From: Candidatus Nealsonbacteria bacterium
GTDB taxonomy: Bacteria > Patescibacteriota > Minisyncoccia > Minisyncoccales > RBG-13-36-15
Reading direction: 5' to 3'
DNA: 64,000 bases
Assembly (NCBI GenBank): GCA_011050465.1
Contig: DRFQ01000009.1
Coordinates: forward strand, 64,334-128,333
Each line of letters opens with the position of its first letter. Within the stretch, counting starts at the first letter, position 1. The notes under the pieces are model-generated. The model did no database searches. It worked only from the letters and a program-made list of their open reading frames with translations, and was not told where the DNA came from. Of this stretch, positions 55,822 through 64,000 are shown piece after piece. A program made the translations under genes and the position numbers.

Positions 55822-57744
55822 ATGGCAAAAATATTAGGCATTGATTTAGGAACCACTTTTTCAGCTATGGCCGTGATAGAAAGTGGAGAACCTAAAATTG
55901 TTGAAAATAAAGAAGGAGCCAGGACAACTCCTTCAGTTGTAGCTATTACTAAAACCGGCGAGAGATTAGTAGGAGTGGTAGCTAAAAGACAGCAGATTAC
56001 TAATCCCCAAAACACAATTTTTTCAATAAAAAGGTTGATGGGACGACGATTTTCAGATTTAGTGATTCAGCAGGACAAAAAGCTCTTGCCTTATGAAATA
56101 AGAGAAAGAGAAGACGGGGGAGTTGAGGTAAGGATAGGAGATAAATGGTACACTCCTCCTGAAGTCTCAGCTATGATTTTGCAGAAGTTAAAGCACGATG
56201 CTGAGGAAAAATTAGGAGAGAAAATTATCGATGCTATCATTACCTGCCCTGCTTATTTCGATGATTCGCAGAGAAAAGCAACAAAAGTGGCGGGAGAAAT
56301 CGCAGGATTCAACGTTAAAAGAGTGATCAACGAACCCACCGCCGCCGCTTTGGCTTATGGGTTAACAAGAAAGAAAGAAGAACAAATTGTTGTCTATGAC
56401 TTTGGGGGAGGAACTTTTGATATTTCAATTTTAGACGTTGGGACAGATACGGTGGAAGTTAAGGCAACCGGCGGCGATACGCACCTGGGTGGAGATGACT
56501 TTGACCAAAAAATAATGGACTGGGTGGTAACCGAATTTAAAAAAGACCAAGGGATTGATTTATCGAAAGACTCTTTGGCTCTACAACGGATTAAAGAGGC
56601 TGCCGAGAAAGCTAAGATTGAATTATCAACAACCCTGGAAACAGAGGTCAACATTCCGTTTGTCACTTCAGACGCCTCAGGTCCTAAACATCTTTATTAT
56701 AAACTAACAAGGGCTCAACTTGAGAATTTGGTCAAAGATTATATTGAACAATCCATTGATCTTGTCAAAAAAACCCTAAAAGAGTCAAAACTTGACGTTA
56801 AAGATATTGATGAAATAGTTTTAGTGGGTGGTCAAACCAGAATGCCAAAAATTCAGCAAGAGCTTAAAGATTTTTTCGGCAAAGAAGCCCATAAAGGAAT
56901 TAATCCCGACGAAGTGGTAGCAATTGGAGCTGCAGCCGAAGGAGGAATTTTGGGGGGAGAAATTAAAGAAGTATTGCTTCTGGATGTTACCCCTCTTTCT
57001 TTAGGTATTGAAACCATGGGACAAATCAGTACAGTTTTAATCCAAAAAAATACAACCATTCCCACTTCTAAAACTCAAATTTTTTCTACCGCCTCCGATA
57101 GTCAAACCACAGTCGAAGTCCGTGTTTTACAAGGAGAAAGGTCAATGGCTACTGACAACAAAACCTTGGGAAGATTTATTTTAGATGGTATTCCTTCTGC
57201 TCCTCGGGGAATTCCCCAAATTGAAGTTACCTTTGATATTGATGCAGACGGTCTATTAAATGTTTCAGCTAAGGATAAAGCCAGCGGCAAAACGCAGTCA
57301 GTAAGAATTGAGGGTTCTTCCGGTCTTTCAAAAGAAGAGATAGAAAAAATGAAAAAAGAGGCAGAAGCACATACAGCCGAAGATCAGAAGAAACGAGAAT
57401 TAGTAGAAGTGAGAAATTCAGCCGATAATTTAATCTACACCACAGAAAAAACCTTGAAAGAATCAGGTTCTAAGATGAATCAAGATTTAAAAAAAGAGAT
57501 TGAAGGAAAAATAGAAAATTTGAAAAAAATAAAAGAGGGTGATACTATAGAGGAAACAAAAAGCAAGATCGCAGAATTATCTCAGGCTATTCAAAAGGCA
57601 GGAGCTGAATTATACCGTCAGACCAAGGAAGAGAAGTCAGCCCCAAAAGACGATGGCTCCGACTCGGAGACGGGGCAAGAGCCTCGCCAAGGGCGGGATG
57701 AGAAAAAGCCAGAAGCTGAGGAGGGGGAGTATAAAGAGAAGTAG
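55822..57744 (+). CDS. dnaK: Chaperone DnaK (Hsp70)
   Basis: Motifs GIDLGTTFS, DFGGGTFDIS, VLVGGQTRMP and DVTPLSLGIET. Confidence 0.97.
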   Translation: MAKILGIDLGTTFSAMAVIESGEPKIVENKEGARTTPSVVAITKTGERLVGVVAKRQQITNPQNTIFSIKRLMGRRFSDLVIQQDKKLLPYEIREREDGGVEVRIGDKWYTPPEVSAMILQKLKHDAEEKLGEKIIDAIITCPAYFDDSQRKATKVAGEIAGFNVKRVINEPTAAALAYGLTRKKEEQIVVYDFGGGTFDISILDVGTDTVEVKATGGDTHLGGDDFDQKIMDWVVTEFKKDQGIDLSKDSLALQRIKEAAEKAKIELSTTLETEVNIPFVTSDASGPKHLYYKLTRAQLENLVKDYIEQSIDLVKKTLKESKLDVKDIDEIVLVGGQTRMPKIQQELKDFFGKEAHKGINPDEVVAIGAAAEGGILGGEIKEVLLLDVTPLSLGIETMGQISTVLIQKNTTIPTSKTQIFSTASDSQTTVEVRVLQGERSMATDNKTLGRFILDGIPSAPRGIPQIEVTFDIDADGLLNVSAKDKASGKTQSVRIEGSSGLSKEEIEKMKKEAEAHTAEDQKKRELVEVRNSADNLIYTTEKTLKESGSKMNQDLKKEIEGKIENLKKIKEGDTIEETKSKIAELSQAIQKAGAELYRQTKEEKSAPKDDGSDSETGQEPRQGRDEKKPEAEEGEYKEK

Positions 57745-57768
57745 CGCTCAGCAACGAAGTCTCAAAGT

Positions 57769-57830
57769 ACCGACCCTCAAAATCCCAGGACATTCGGCTG
57801 AGCTCAGTCGAAGCCCGAGATTTTGGGGTC
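57769..57830 (+). repeat. Family A GC-rich element, short intergenic variant
   Basis: accgaccctcaaaatcccaggacattcggCTGAGCTCAGtcgaagcccgagatt. Stem gaccctcaaaatc/gattttggggtc. Confidence 0.8.
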
Positions 57831-57957
57831 TGCGTTCTCGGCTTCTCGTCCGCCTTCGGCGGAACCATGCCGATGAGCCTGCGAAAGCTACTTTAAAACT
57901 TGTTGCCTCGCTTAGAGATTATTCGTATATGCGTAATAATTCGTAATTCGTAGGGAT

Positions 57958-59019
57958 ATGAAAGACTACTATCAAATTTTAGGTGTTTCTCGGGGCGCTT
58001 CTCAAGACGAGATTAAAAAGGCTTATCGAAAGTTGGCCCATAAACACCATCCCGACAAAGGCGGGGATGAAAGAAAGTTTAAAGAAATAAACGAAGCTTA
58101 TCAGATTCTTTCTGATAAAGAAAAGAGGAATCAGTATGATAGATTTGACCGAGTCTTTGAAGGGGCTGGAGTAGGTCCAGATTTTGATTTTGGAAATGTT
58201 TGGGGCAGATCTGGAGAGGGAGTCGAGTTTGATTTAGGAGAAATGTTTGAAGAATTTTTTGGATTTACAAAGACGCGAGGAGATTTAAGAAAAGGCAGAG
58301 ATATTGAGATGAATCTTGAAATTCCTTTAGAATATACTCTTTTGGGACAAGAGAAAAAAATTTCTTTATATAAAATGCTTTCCTGTTCAAGGTGTCAAGG
58401 ATCAGGAGCTGAACCTGGTACGCCTGTTAAGGAGTGTTTCTCCTGTCGGGGAGCGGGTGAAGTTCAACAGATAAGAAGAACTTTTTTTGGCTCTTTCACT
58501 AAACATATTATTTGTCCTGAGTGCAATGGTGAAGGGCAAAAACCGGAAAGGCCCTGCAATGTCTGTAAAGGAGAGGGAAGAATTAAAGGAAATGATAATA
58601 TTAAAGTATTTATTCCGGCTGGCGTAGATTCAAATCAGGTAATTAAAATTAACGGTAAAGGAGAAGCTGGAAGAAGAGGAGCAAAATCCGGAAATTTATA
58701 TGTCAGAATTTTGATTAAACCACATTCAATCTTTCAAAGGAAAGGAGATAACCTATATCTGAAAATCCCTGTTTCTTTTTCTCAGGCCGCTCTAGGAGAT
58801 GAAATTGAAATTTCTACTTTAGAAGGAAGAAAAATTTTATTAAAAATCCCACGAGGCACAGAGTCAGGAAACATTTTAAGAATTTCTCAAAAAGGAATTC
58901 CTCGTTTTTCTGGCCATGGGAGAGGTGATCTTTATATTGAGCTTAGCATTAGAACCCCAAGAAAATTAACAAGAAAGCAAAAGGAATTATTAGAAAAATT
59001 GAAAGAAGAAGGAATATAA
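57958..59019 (+). CDS. dnaJ: Co-chaperone DnaJ
   Basis: J-domain DYYQILGV ... HHPDK and four CxxCxGxG zinc-finger repeats. Confidence 0.95.
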   Translation: MKDYYQILGVSRGASQDEIKKAYRKLAHKHHPDKGGDERKFKEINEAYQILSDKEKRNQYDRFDRVFEGAGVGPDFDFGNVWGRSGEGVEFDLGEMFEEFFGFTKTRGDLRKGRDIEMNLEIPLEYTLLGQEKKISLYKMLSCSRCQGSGAEPGTPVKECFSCRGAGEVQQIRRTFFGSFTKHIICPECNGEGQKPERPCNVCKGEGRIKGNDNIKVFIPAGVDSNQVIKINGKGEAGRRGAKSGNLYVRILIKPHSIFQRKGDNLYLKIPVSFSQAALGDEIEISTLEGRKILLKIPRGTESGNILRISQKGIPRFSGHGRGDLYIELSIRTPRKLTRKQKELLEKLKEEGI

Positions 59020-59128
59020 CTATTGTTTCTCAACGGAAGTGCTAAATCCTAATTTTTAAATCCTGATGCCACAAATCCTTCGGATTAGGGTACGAGGCAG
59101 ACACATCCCAATGACTAAAATTTTAAGA

Positions 59129-59201
59129 GCCCCGCTAACTCAACTGGTAGAGTATCTGCCTTTTAAGCAGGAAGTTGGAGGTTCGAGTCCTCCGCGGGGC
59201 A
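59129..59201 (+). tRNA. tRNA-Lys (anticodon TTT), CCA not encoded
   Basis: Hand-folded cloverleaf: acceptor GCCCCGC/GCGGGGC, D-arm ACTC/GAGT, anticodon stem TCTGC/GCAGG, loop CTTTTAA, T-arm GGAGG-TTCGAGT-CCTCC, discriminator A. Confidence 0.9.
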
Positions 59202-59265
59202 CATAAAAAACAGCACTTTCACAAAAAGACAATAGTACCTTTACGAGAAAGGAGGTAAGACAAGG

Positions 59266-59937
59266 ATGAGACTACAAGATGCTGTACTTTTTCCTAAAGA
59301 TCCCGTAATTTGGCCTGATGGTTTTCTTCCCATTCAAGGATGGGACCAAAGAATACAGATAAGGCTGCCGGTCGCTATTGGCAGTTTTGATGAAATACGG
59401 GTCGCACAAGCCATGTCTCAGAAAACTATCGAAATGATGACGAACTCGGGAAGTCAGCTTCTCTTTAAAAAAATCAAAATAGAAATTCGGGAAAGGACGT
59501 ATTGGCTTGCTTTACAAATTGAACCACAAGGATTTATTATTTTTGACCCGCCATTAGAATCGAGATCTAAAAAGCAGAAATCCAATGCCGTTTATTACGC
59601 TGCTAGCGAGAAGTGGGGATTATTGGTTCAATATATCCCTCCTGACTCTAGGACATCTTCTCATGACCATTCAAAGTCAAGATGGATCGAAACAAATCAT
59701 CCTCTTATCGGCGGGGCAAAATTGTGTACCTCCGAGAATCGACAGCAACAATTGACGTACCATTTAACAATGGCTAATCCGATCAGCCCGGTGATAACAC
59801 CAAGAGTTATTCATCAGATATCGACAGATGACCAACCCCTTTTGAATATCATAGAAATCACAGGAGATCCAGACTGGTTCAAAAAATGGAAAAACGGAGG
59901 AGGGCATACCTTCGAAACGTTCCCGCAACAGCCTTAA
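59266..59937 (+). CDS. Hypothetical protein, possibly cupin-like
   Basis: Strong AAGGAGG SD and its own terminator (59953-59987). The C-terminal half has H-D-H ... E and P...H spacings reminiscent of cupin motifs. Confidence 0.4.
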   Translation: MRLQDAVLFPKDPVIWPDGFLPIQGWDQRIQIRLPVAIGSFDEIRVAQAMSQKTIEMMTNSGSQLLFKKIKIEIRERTYWLALQIEPQGFIIFDPPLESRSKKQKSNAVYYAASEKWGLLVQYIPPDSRTSSHDHSKSRWIETNHPLIGGAKLCTSENRQQQLTYHLTMANPISPVITPRVIHQISTDDQPLLNIIEITGDPDWFKKWKNGGGHTFETFPQQP

Positions 59938-60050
59938 CATCTTGTCGAAAAAAATACCTGAGTTATTCCTAACGGAATAACCAGGTTTTTTTGTAATATA
60001 ATATGAGAAAGTATAGACGTCGCCTCTTAATTTTGTTATAAATAATTACA

Positions 60051-61277
60051 ATGCAAAAGCGAATATTTTTTGGTTTTTTAATTTTGGCTTCATTGACAAG
60101 TTTTAGCTTTGGAATTTTAGTTGGCAGGACAACAGTCGAACCAAAGATAATTTTTGGAGTCATAAACCCTGAGGAAGGAAAATCTCAAGAAGTCGATTTC
60201 TCTCTTTTTTGGAGGGTTTGGGCAAGTATTCAAGAAAAATTTGTTGACGAAGAAAAATTTGACTATCAAGTAATGCTTTACGGTGCTATTTCCGGAATGG
60301 TAAATGCCTTGGATGATCCATATACTGTTTTTTTTAATCCCGAAGAGGCCAAAAAGTTCAAAGAAGATGTTTCTGGAAAATTTGAAGGAGTCGGCATGGA
60401 GGTCGGAATAAGAAAAAACGAATTAACAGTTATTGCTCCTTTAGAAGGAACACCGGCTCAAAAAGCGGGACTAAGGGCTGGAGATAAAATTATAAAAATT
60501 GGAGACACGATTACAGGTGAGCTGACAATTGATGAAGCGGTTAGTTTCATTAGAGGGCCAAAAGGAACAGAAGTAACTTTAACAATTTTTCGAGAAGATT
60601 GGGGAATACCAAGAGAAATTACGTTAATTAGAGAAGTAATTGAAATACCTTCATTAAAATGGGAATTACTCGCCTCGCCAGGCGAAGCCGGTGGGAAAGA
60701 ACCCGATATAGCCTATATAAAGCTTTATCATTTTCATGAAAAGGCTGGAGTTGATTTCAAAAAAGCAGCTTTTGACATTTTAGAAAGCCCAGCCAAAAAA
60801 ATAATTTTAGATTTAAGAAATAATCCAGGAGGTTATTTAGAGATATCTCAAGATATTGCTGGTTGGTTTTTAGAAAGAGGCCAAGTTGTGGTCATTGAAG
60901 ATTTTGGCGAAGGCAAAGAGAAAAAAGACTACAAAGCCGGGGGGAATGAACTATTCTTAGAATATCCCATGGTAATTTTAATCAATCAGGGATCGGCTTC
61001 AGCCTCTGAAATTTTAGCTGCTGCTCTTCGAGATAACCGTGGCATTAAAATCATTGGAGAAACTTCTTTTGGAAAAGGCTCTGTCCAGGAATTAGAAGAT
61101 TTACCAGAAGGATCATCTTTAAAGGTTACAATAGCCAAATGGTTAACTCCAAAAGGTGATATTTTGACTGATGTTGGTTTGGAACCAGACATCAAAATAG
61201 ATATGACCGAGAAAGATTACGAAGAAGAGAAAGACCCTCAGCTTGAAAAAGCTATAGAGATAATTGAACAATTATAA
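60051..61277 (+). CDS. ctpA: S41 carboxy-terminal processing peptidase with a PDZ domain
   Basis: PDZ region (GTPAQKAGLRAGDKII), catalytic GSASASEI, and LRNNPGG. Confidence 0.9.
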   Translation: MQKRIFFGFLILASLTSFSFGILVGRTTVEPKIIFGVINPEEGKSQEVDFSLFWRVWASIQEKFVDEEKFDYQVMLYGAISGMVNALDDPYTVFFNPEEAKKFKEDVSGKFEGVGMEVGIRKNELTVIAPLEGTPAQKAGLRAGDKIIKIGDTITGELTIDEAVSFIRGPKGTEVTLTIFREDWGIPREITLIREVIEIPSLKWELLASPGEAGGKEPDIAYIKLYHFHEKAGVDFKKAAFDILESPAKKIILDLRNNPGGYLEISQDIAGWFLERGQVVVIEDFGEGKEKKDYKAGGNELFLEYPMVILINQGSASASEILAAALRDNRGIKIIGETSFGKGSVQELEDLPEGSSLKVTIAKWLTPKGDILTDVGLEPDIKIDMTEKDYEEEKDPQLEKAIEIIEQL

Positions 61278-61308
61278 AGTTTATCGTTCGGTTGCCGAGC
61301 CGCAAATC

Positions 61309-61393
61309 ACCGACCCTCAAAATCCCAGGACATTCGGCTGAGCCCTTCGGCAGTGAGCTCAGGACGAACCTGCTCAGTCGAAGCCCGAGATTT
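61309..61393 (+). repeat. Family A GC-rich element, long intergenic variant
   Basis: Its ends match 57769-57822, with 30 extra nt between CTGAGC and TCAGTCGA. The core is identical to 51907-51967. Confidence 0.85.
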
Positions 61394-61445
61394 ACAAACC
61401 GGTCGCTCAGCTCCCTGTAATTGCTGAGCAATTAAGCATAGGGTT

Positions 61446-61721
61446 ATGAGAAAAAGAGTTATTATTTTAGTATCAGGGTTAGTACAAGGAATATTTTATC
61501 GATCTAATACTCTGGAAAAGGCTAAAGAGTTAAATTTGACAGGTTGGGTGAAAAATGAGTTTTCAAGTTCTGTGAAAATTGTGGCCGAAGGGGAAGAAGA
61601 AAATTTAGAAAAATTAATTGAATGGACAAAACAGGGCCCCGCTCTTGCGAAGGTTGATAAAATTGAGGTAGAATGGGAAAGAGACAGGGGAAAATTTAAG
61701 GATTTCGAAATTAGATATTGA
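61446..61721 (+). CDS. acyP: Acylphosphatase
   Basis: 91 aa with VSGLVQGIFYR and GWVKN motifs. Confidence 0.85.
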   Translation: MRKRVIILVSGLVQGIFYRSNTLEKAKELNLTGWVKNEFSSSVKIVAEGEEENLEKLIEWTKQGPALAKVDKIEVEWERDRGKFKDFEIRY

Positions 61722-61731
61722 ATTAAGAATT

Positions 61732-62178
61732 ATGAAAATCATATTACTAAAAGACGTTGAAAATTTAGGAAAGAAATATGAAGTAAGAAATGTTAAGGCA
61801 GGCCATGCCAGAAACTTTTTAATTCCAGAAAAATTGGCAAAACCAGCGACAAAAGAAGCCCTCAAATGGTTAGAAGTCCAAAAACAGATTTCAACAAAAA
61901 AAGTTGAAGAAGAATTAAAAGGAGTTCAGGAATTAGCTTCTAGTATTGACGGGCAAGAAATAATGATTAAGGTTAAAGTTGGCGAGAAAGATCAGCTTTT
62001 TGAGTCAATTACTCCTCAAAAGATTTCAGAAAAATTAAAAGAATTGGGCTTCGAAATTAAGAAGAATAAAATCTTACTTGAAGAACCTATTAAAGAACTG
62101 GGTGAATTTCCGGTCAAAATTAGACTTGAACACAATTTAGAATCTGAAATAAGAGTAATTTTAATCCAAGAAGAATAA
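61732..62178 (+). CDS. rplI: Ribosomal protein L9
   Basis: MKIILLKDVENLGKKYEVRNVKAGHARNFLIP. Confidence 0.9.
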   Translation: MKIILLKDVENLGKKYEVRNVKAGHARNFLIPEKLAKPATKEALKWLEVQKQISTKKVEEELKGVQELASSIDGQEIMIKVKVGEKDQLFESITPQKISEKLKELGFEIKKNKILLEEPIKELGEFPVKIRLEHNLESEIRVILIQEE

Positions 62179-62184
62179 TAGCCC

Positions 62185-62276
62185 CACGAATTACCGATCA
62201 GTGCGAATATACGAAGCAACCCTACGGAGAGTTGCTTTAAGTAACAGCGTAGATTCGTAGATATTCGTAATTTGTG
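62185..62276 (+). other. About 90-nt imperfect compound hairpin in the pyrG leader
   Basis: Outer stem cacgaattac (62185-62194)/gtaatttgtg (62267-62276). Inner pairings cgaatat/atattcg and gcaac/gttgc. Confidence 0.5.
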
Positions 62277-63933
62277 GAGGAGAATACTTATAACACGATT
62301 TATTTTTATATCGGGGGGGGTAATGTCGGGTATCGGCAAAGGAATAACAACGGCCTCAATTGGAAAAATCCTTCAGAGTAAAGGGTTCAAGGTTACGGCT
62401 GTTAAGATTGATCCTTATATTAATGTCGATGCCGGAACAATGAATCCCATTGAACACGGAGAGATTTTTGTAACCGAAGATGGAATAGAGTGTGATCAGG
62501 ATATTGGGAATTATGAAAGATTTTTAGATTTGGACTTAACCACCGACAACTACATTACTACGGGTAGAGTCTATCAAGCCGTGATAAACCGGGAAAGAAA
62601 TCTCGGTTACGGAGGAAGATGCGTTGAAGTTGTTCCCCATATCCCCCTGGAGGTAATCTCCAGAATTAACAGAGTAGCCAAAAGAGATAAAGCCGAAATT
62701 GTTCTAATCGAAATCGGAGGCACAGTGGGGGAATATCAAAATATGTTATTTTTGGAAGCAGCTCGTATGATGAAACTCTCTCAACCAAGAGGGGTTCTTT
62801 TTATATTGGTAAGTTATTTGCCTATACCCAAAATTATAGGAGAAATGAAAACAAAACCCACACAATACGCTGTAAGATCTTTGAATATGGCCGGTATTCA
62901 GCCAGATATCATTATCGCCCGCTCTCAGATTTCTGTTGATGAACCAAGAAAAAGAAAAATTTCTCTTTTTTGTAATGTAGCGTTAGAAGACGTTATCTCC
63001 GCTCCCGACATTGAATCGATCTACCAGGTACCTGTTAATTTTGAGAAAGATCAATTGGGTAATCGAATTCTAAAAAAGTTTGGGCTAAGAGCAAGAAAAA
63101 ACAACCTAAAAGATTGGGCCAATTTAGTTAAGACTATAAAAAGAGCAAAAAAGCCGGTAAAAATTGGTATAGTTGGAAAGTACTTTGAAACAGGCAAATT
63201 TACCCTTATGGATTCTTATATTTCGATAATTGAAGCAGTAAAGCAGTCCTGTTGGTTTCACAAACGGAAGCCTGAAATTCATTGGTTAGGATCAGAAACA
63301 TACGAAAAAAATTCTCAATCAGTAAAGAAATTGAAAGATTATGATGGAATTATTGTGCCAGGTGGGTTTGGAGACAGGGGAATAGAAGGAAAAATAAAAG
63401 CTATTGAATATTGCAGAAAAAATAAAATTCCCTTTTTTGGTCTTTGCCTGGGAATGCAGTTGGCAGTAGTAGAATTTGCCAGAAATGTCTGTAAAATTAA
63501 GAAAGCTTGTTCGGTTGAATTTTCCAAAAATTGTAAGTCTCCGGTGATTGATGTAATGCCGGAGCAAAAAGCTCTAATATCAGGAAAAAGATATGGCGGA
63601 ACAATGAGGTTAGGAATCTATAAATGTAAAATAAAGCCCGGAACAATAAGTTTTAGAGCTTACAGCACTAATCCGGAGTTGAAAAGCATAACAGTCTCTG
63701 AACGCCACAGGCATCGATACGAACTGAATAATAACTTCAGAAAGGTCTTGGAATCCAAAGGAATGATAATGGCCGGCATCAATCCAAAAAGGAATCTTGT
63801 TGAAATTATTGAAATATCAAATCATCCTTTTTTTGTGGGCACTCAATTTCATCCTGAGTTTAAATCGAGGCCGTTAAACCCCCACCCTTTATTCAAAGAA
63901 TTTATAAAAGCCTGCCTCAAAAAATCAAGCTAG
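62272..63933 (+). CDS. pyrG: CTP synthase
   Basis: FIFISGGVMSGIGKGI, a glutamine amidotransferase domain (GLCLGMQ, HRHRYE). No in-frame ATG precedes the conserved N-terminus, so the start is TTG 62272 or a non-canonical codon near 62290. Confidence 0.9.
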   Translation: MWRRILITRFIFISGGVMSGIGKGITTASIGKILQSKGFKVTAVKIDPYINVDAGTMNPIEHGEIFVTEDGIECDQDIGNYERFLDLDLTTDNYITTGRVYQAVINRERNLGYGGRCVEVVPHIPLEVISRINRVAKRDKAEIVLIEIGGTVGEYQNMLFLEAARMMKLSQPRGVLFILVSYLPIPKIIGEMKTKPTQYAVRSLNMAGIQPDIIIARSQISVDEPRKRKISLFCNVALEDVISAPDIESIYQVPVNFEKDQLGNRILKKFGLRARKNNLKDWANLVKTIKRAKKPVKIGIVGKYFETGKFTLMDSYISIIEAVKQSCWFHKRKPEIHWLGSETYEKNSQSVKKLKDYDGIIVPGGFGDRGIEGKIKAIEYCRKNKIPFFGLCLGMQLAVVEFARNVCKIKKACSVEFSKNCKSPVIDVMPEQKALISGKRYGGTMRLGIYKCKIKPGTISFRAYSTNPELKSITVSERHRHRYELNNNFRKVLESKGMIMAGINPKRNLVEIIEISNHPFFVGTQFHPEFKSRPLNPHPLFKEFIKACLKKSS

Positions 63934-64000
63934 TCGTCTTTCACTTCTCCTCTTAATTATGAAATAATTGCCTACTGTTCACATACAGCAAGAGGGCTGA

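Noticed and set aside
57587-57946. Two ORFs (57587-57868 on the minus strand, 57653-57946 on the plus strand) in the dnaK-dnaJ spacer.
   Set aside because: Both are read through Family A repeat DNA and the dnaK 3' end. They are mutually overlapping Arg/Ser/Pro-rich shadows with no ribosome-binding sites.

Overview
This is a gene-dense, AT-rich bacterial window of about 64 kb. All calls come from reading the ORF track and the raw sequence; no searches were run, and families were recognised from remembered motifs. The gene content suggests a reduced-genome Patescibacteria/CPR-like organism, which is an inference. That content includes a FemAB-type enzyme, an archaeal-type SAM synthetase, an archaeal-type UMP kinase, tandem GT39 glycosyltransferases and shortened ATP synthase delta and epsilon subunits.

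The conserved core comprises:
- a UvrD-type helicase fused to a Cas4/AddB-like nuclease, and xseAB
- an ECF sigma factor paired with a membrane protein
- a complete F-type ATP synthase operon (atpZ-B-E-F-H-A-G-D-C)
- a cyclophilin, hpf, a polyprenyl synthase and yjbQ
- mreC-mreD-PBP2, lysS, serS, and murF-degT-femAB-ftsQ
- grpE-dnaK-dnaJ, tRNA-Lys(UUU), ctp, acyP, rplI and pyrG

From about 20.7 to 31.9 kb lies a compositionally mosaic accessory zone. It holds two gene fragments, a decayed IS481-like element, a truncated GNAT gene and a CofE-like gene. It also holds a very AT-rich trio of fusion enzymes and a GC-richer cassette of SAM synthetase, HprK-like P-loop protein and HIT protein.

The most unusual layer is at the DNA level. 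There are several families of short GC-rich, hairpin-forming dispersed repeats:
- One family is a portable cassette ending in an extended -10 box. Its hairpin core is exactly reverse-complemented in one copy.
- A second is a terminator-plus-promoter module shared by three genes.
- A third occurs both in intergenic DNA and, as an identical 61-nt copy, in frame inside a glycosyltransferase gene. This is reminiscent of Rickettsia palindromic elements.

No CRISPR array, rRNA gene or recognisable defence system was seen.
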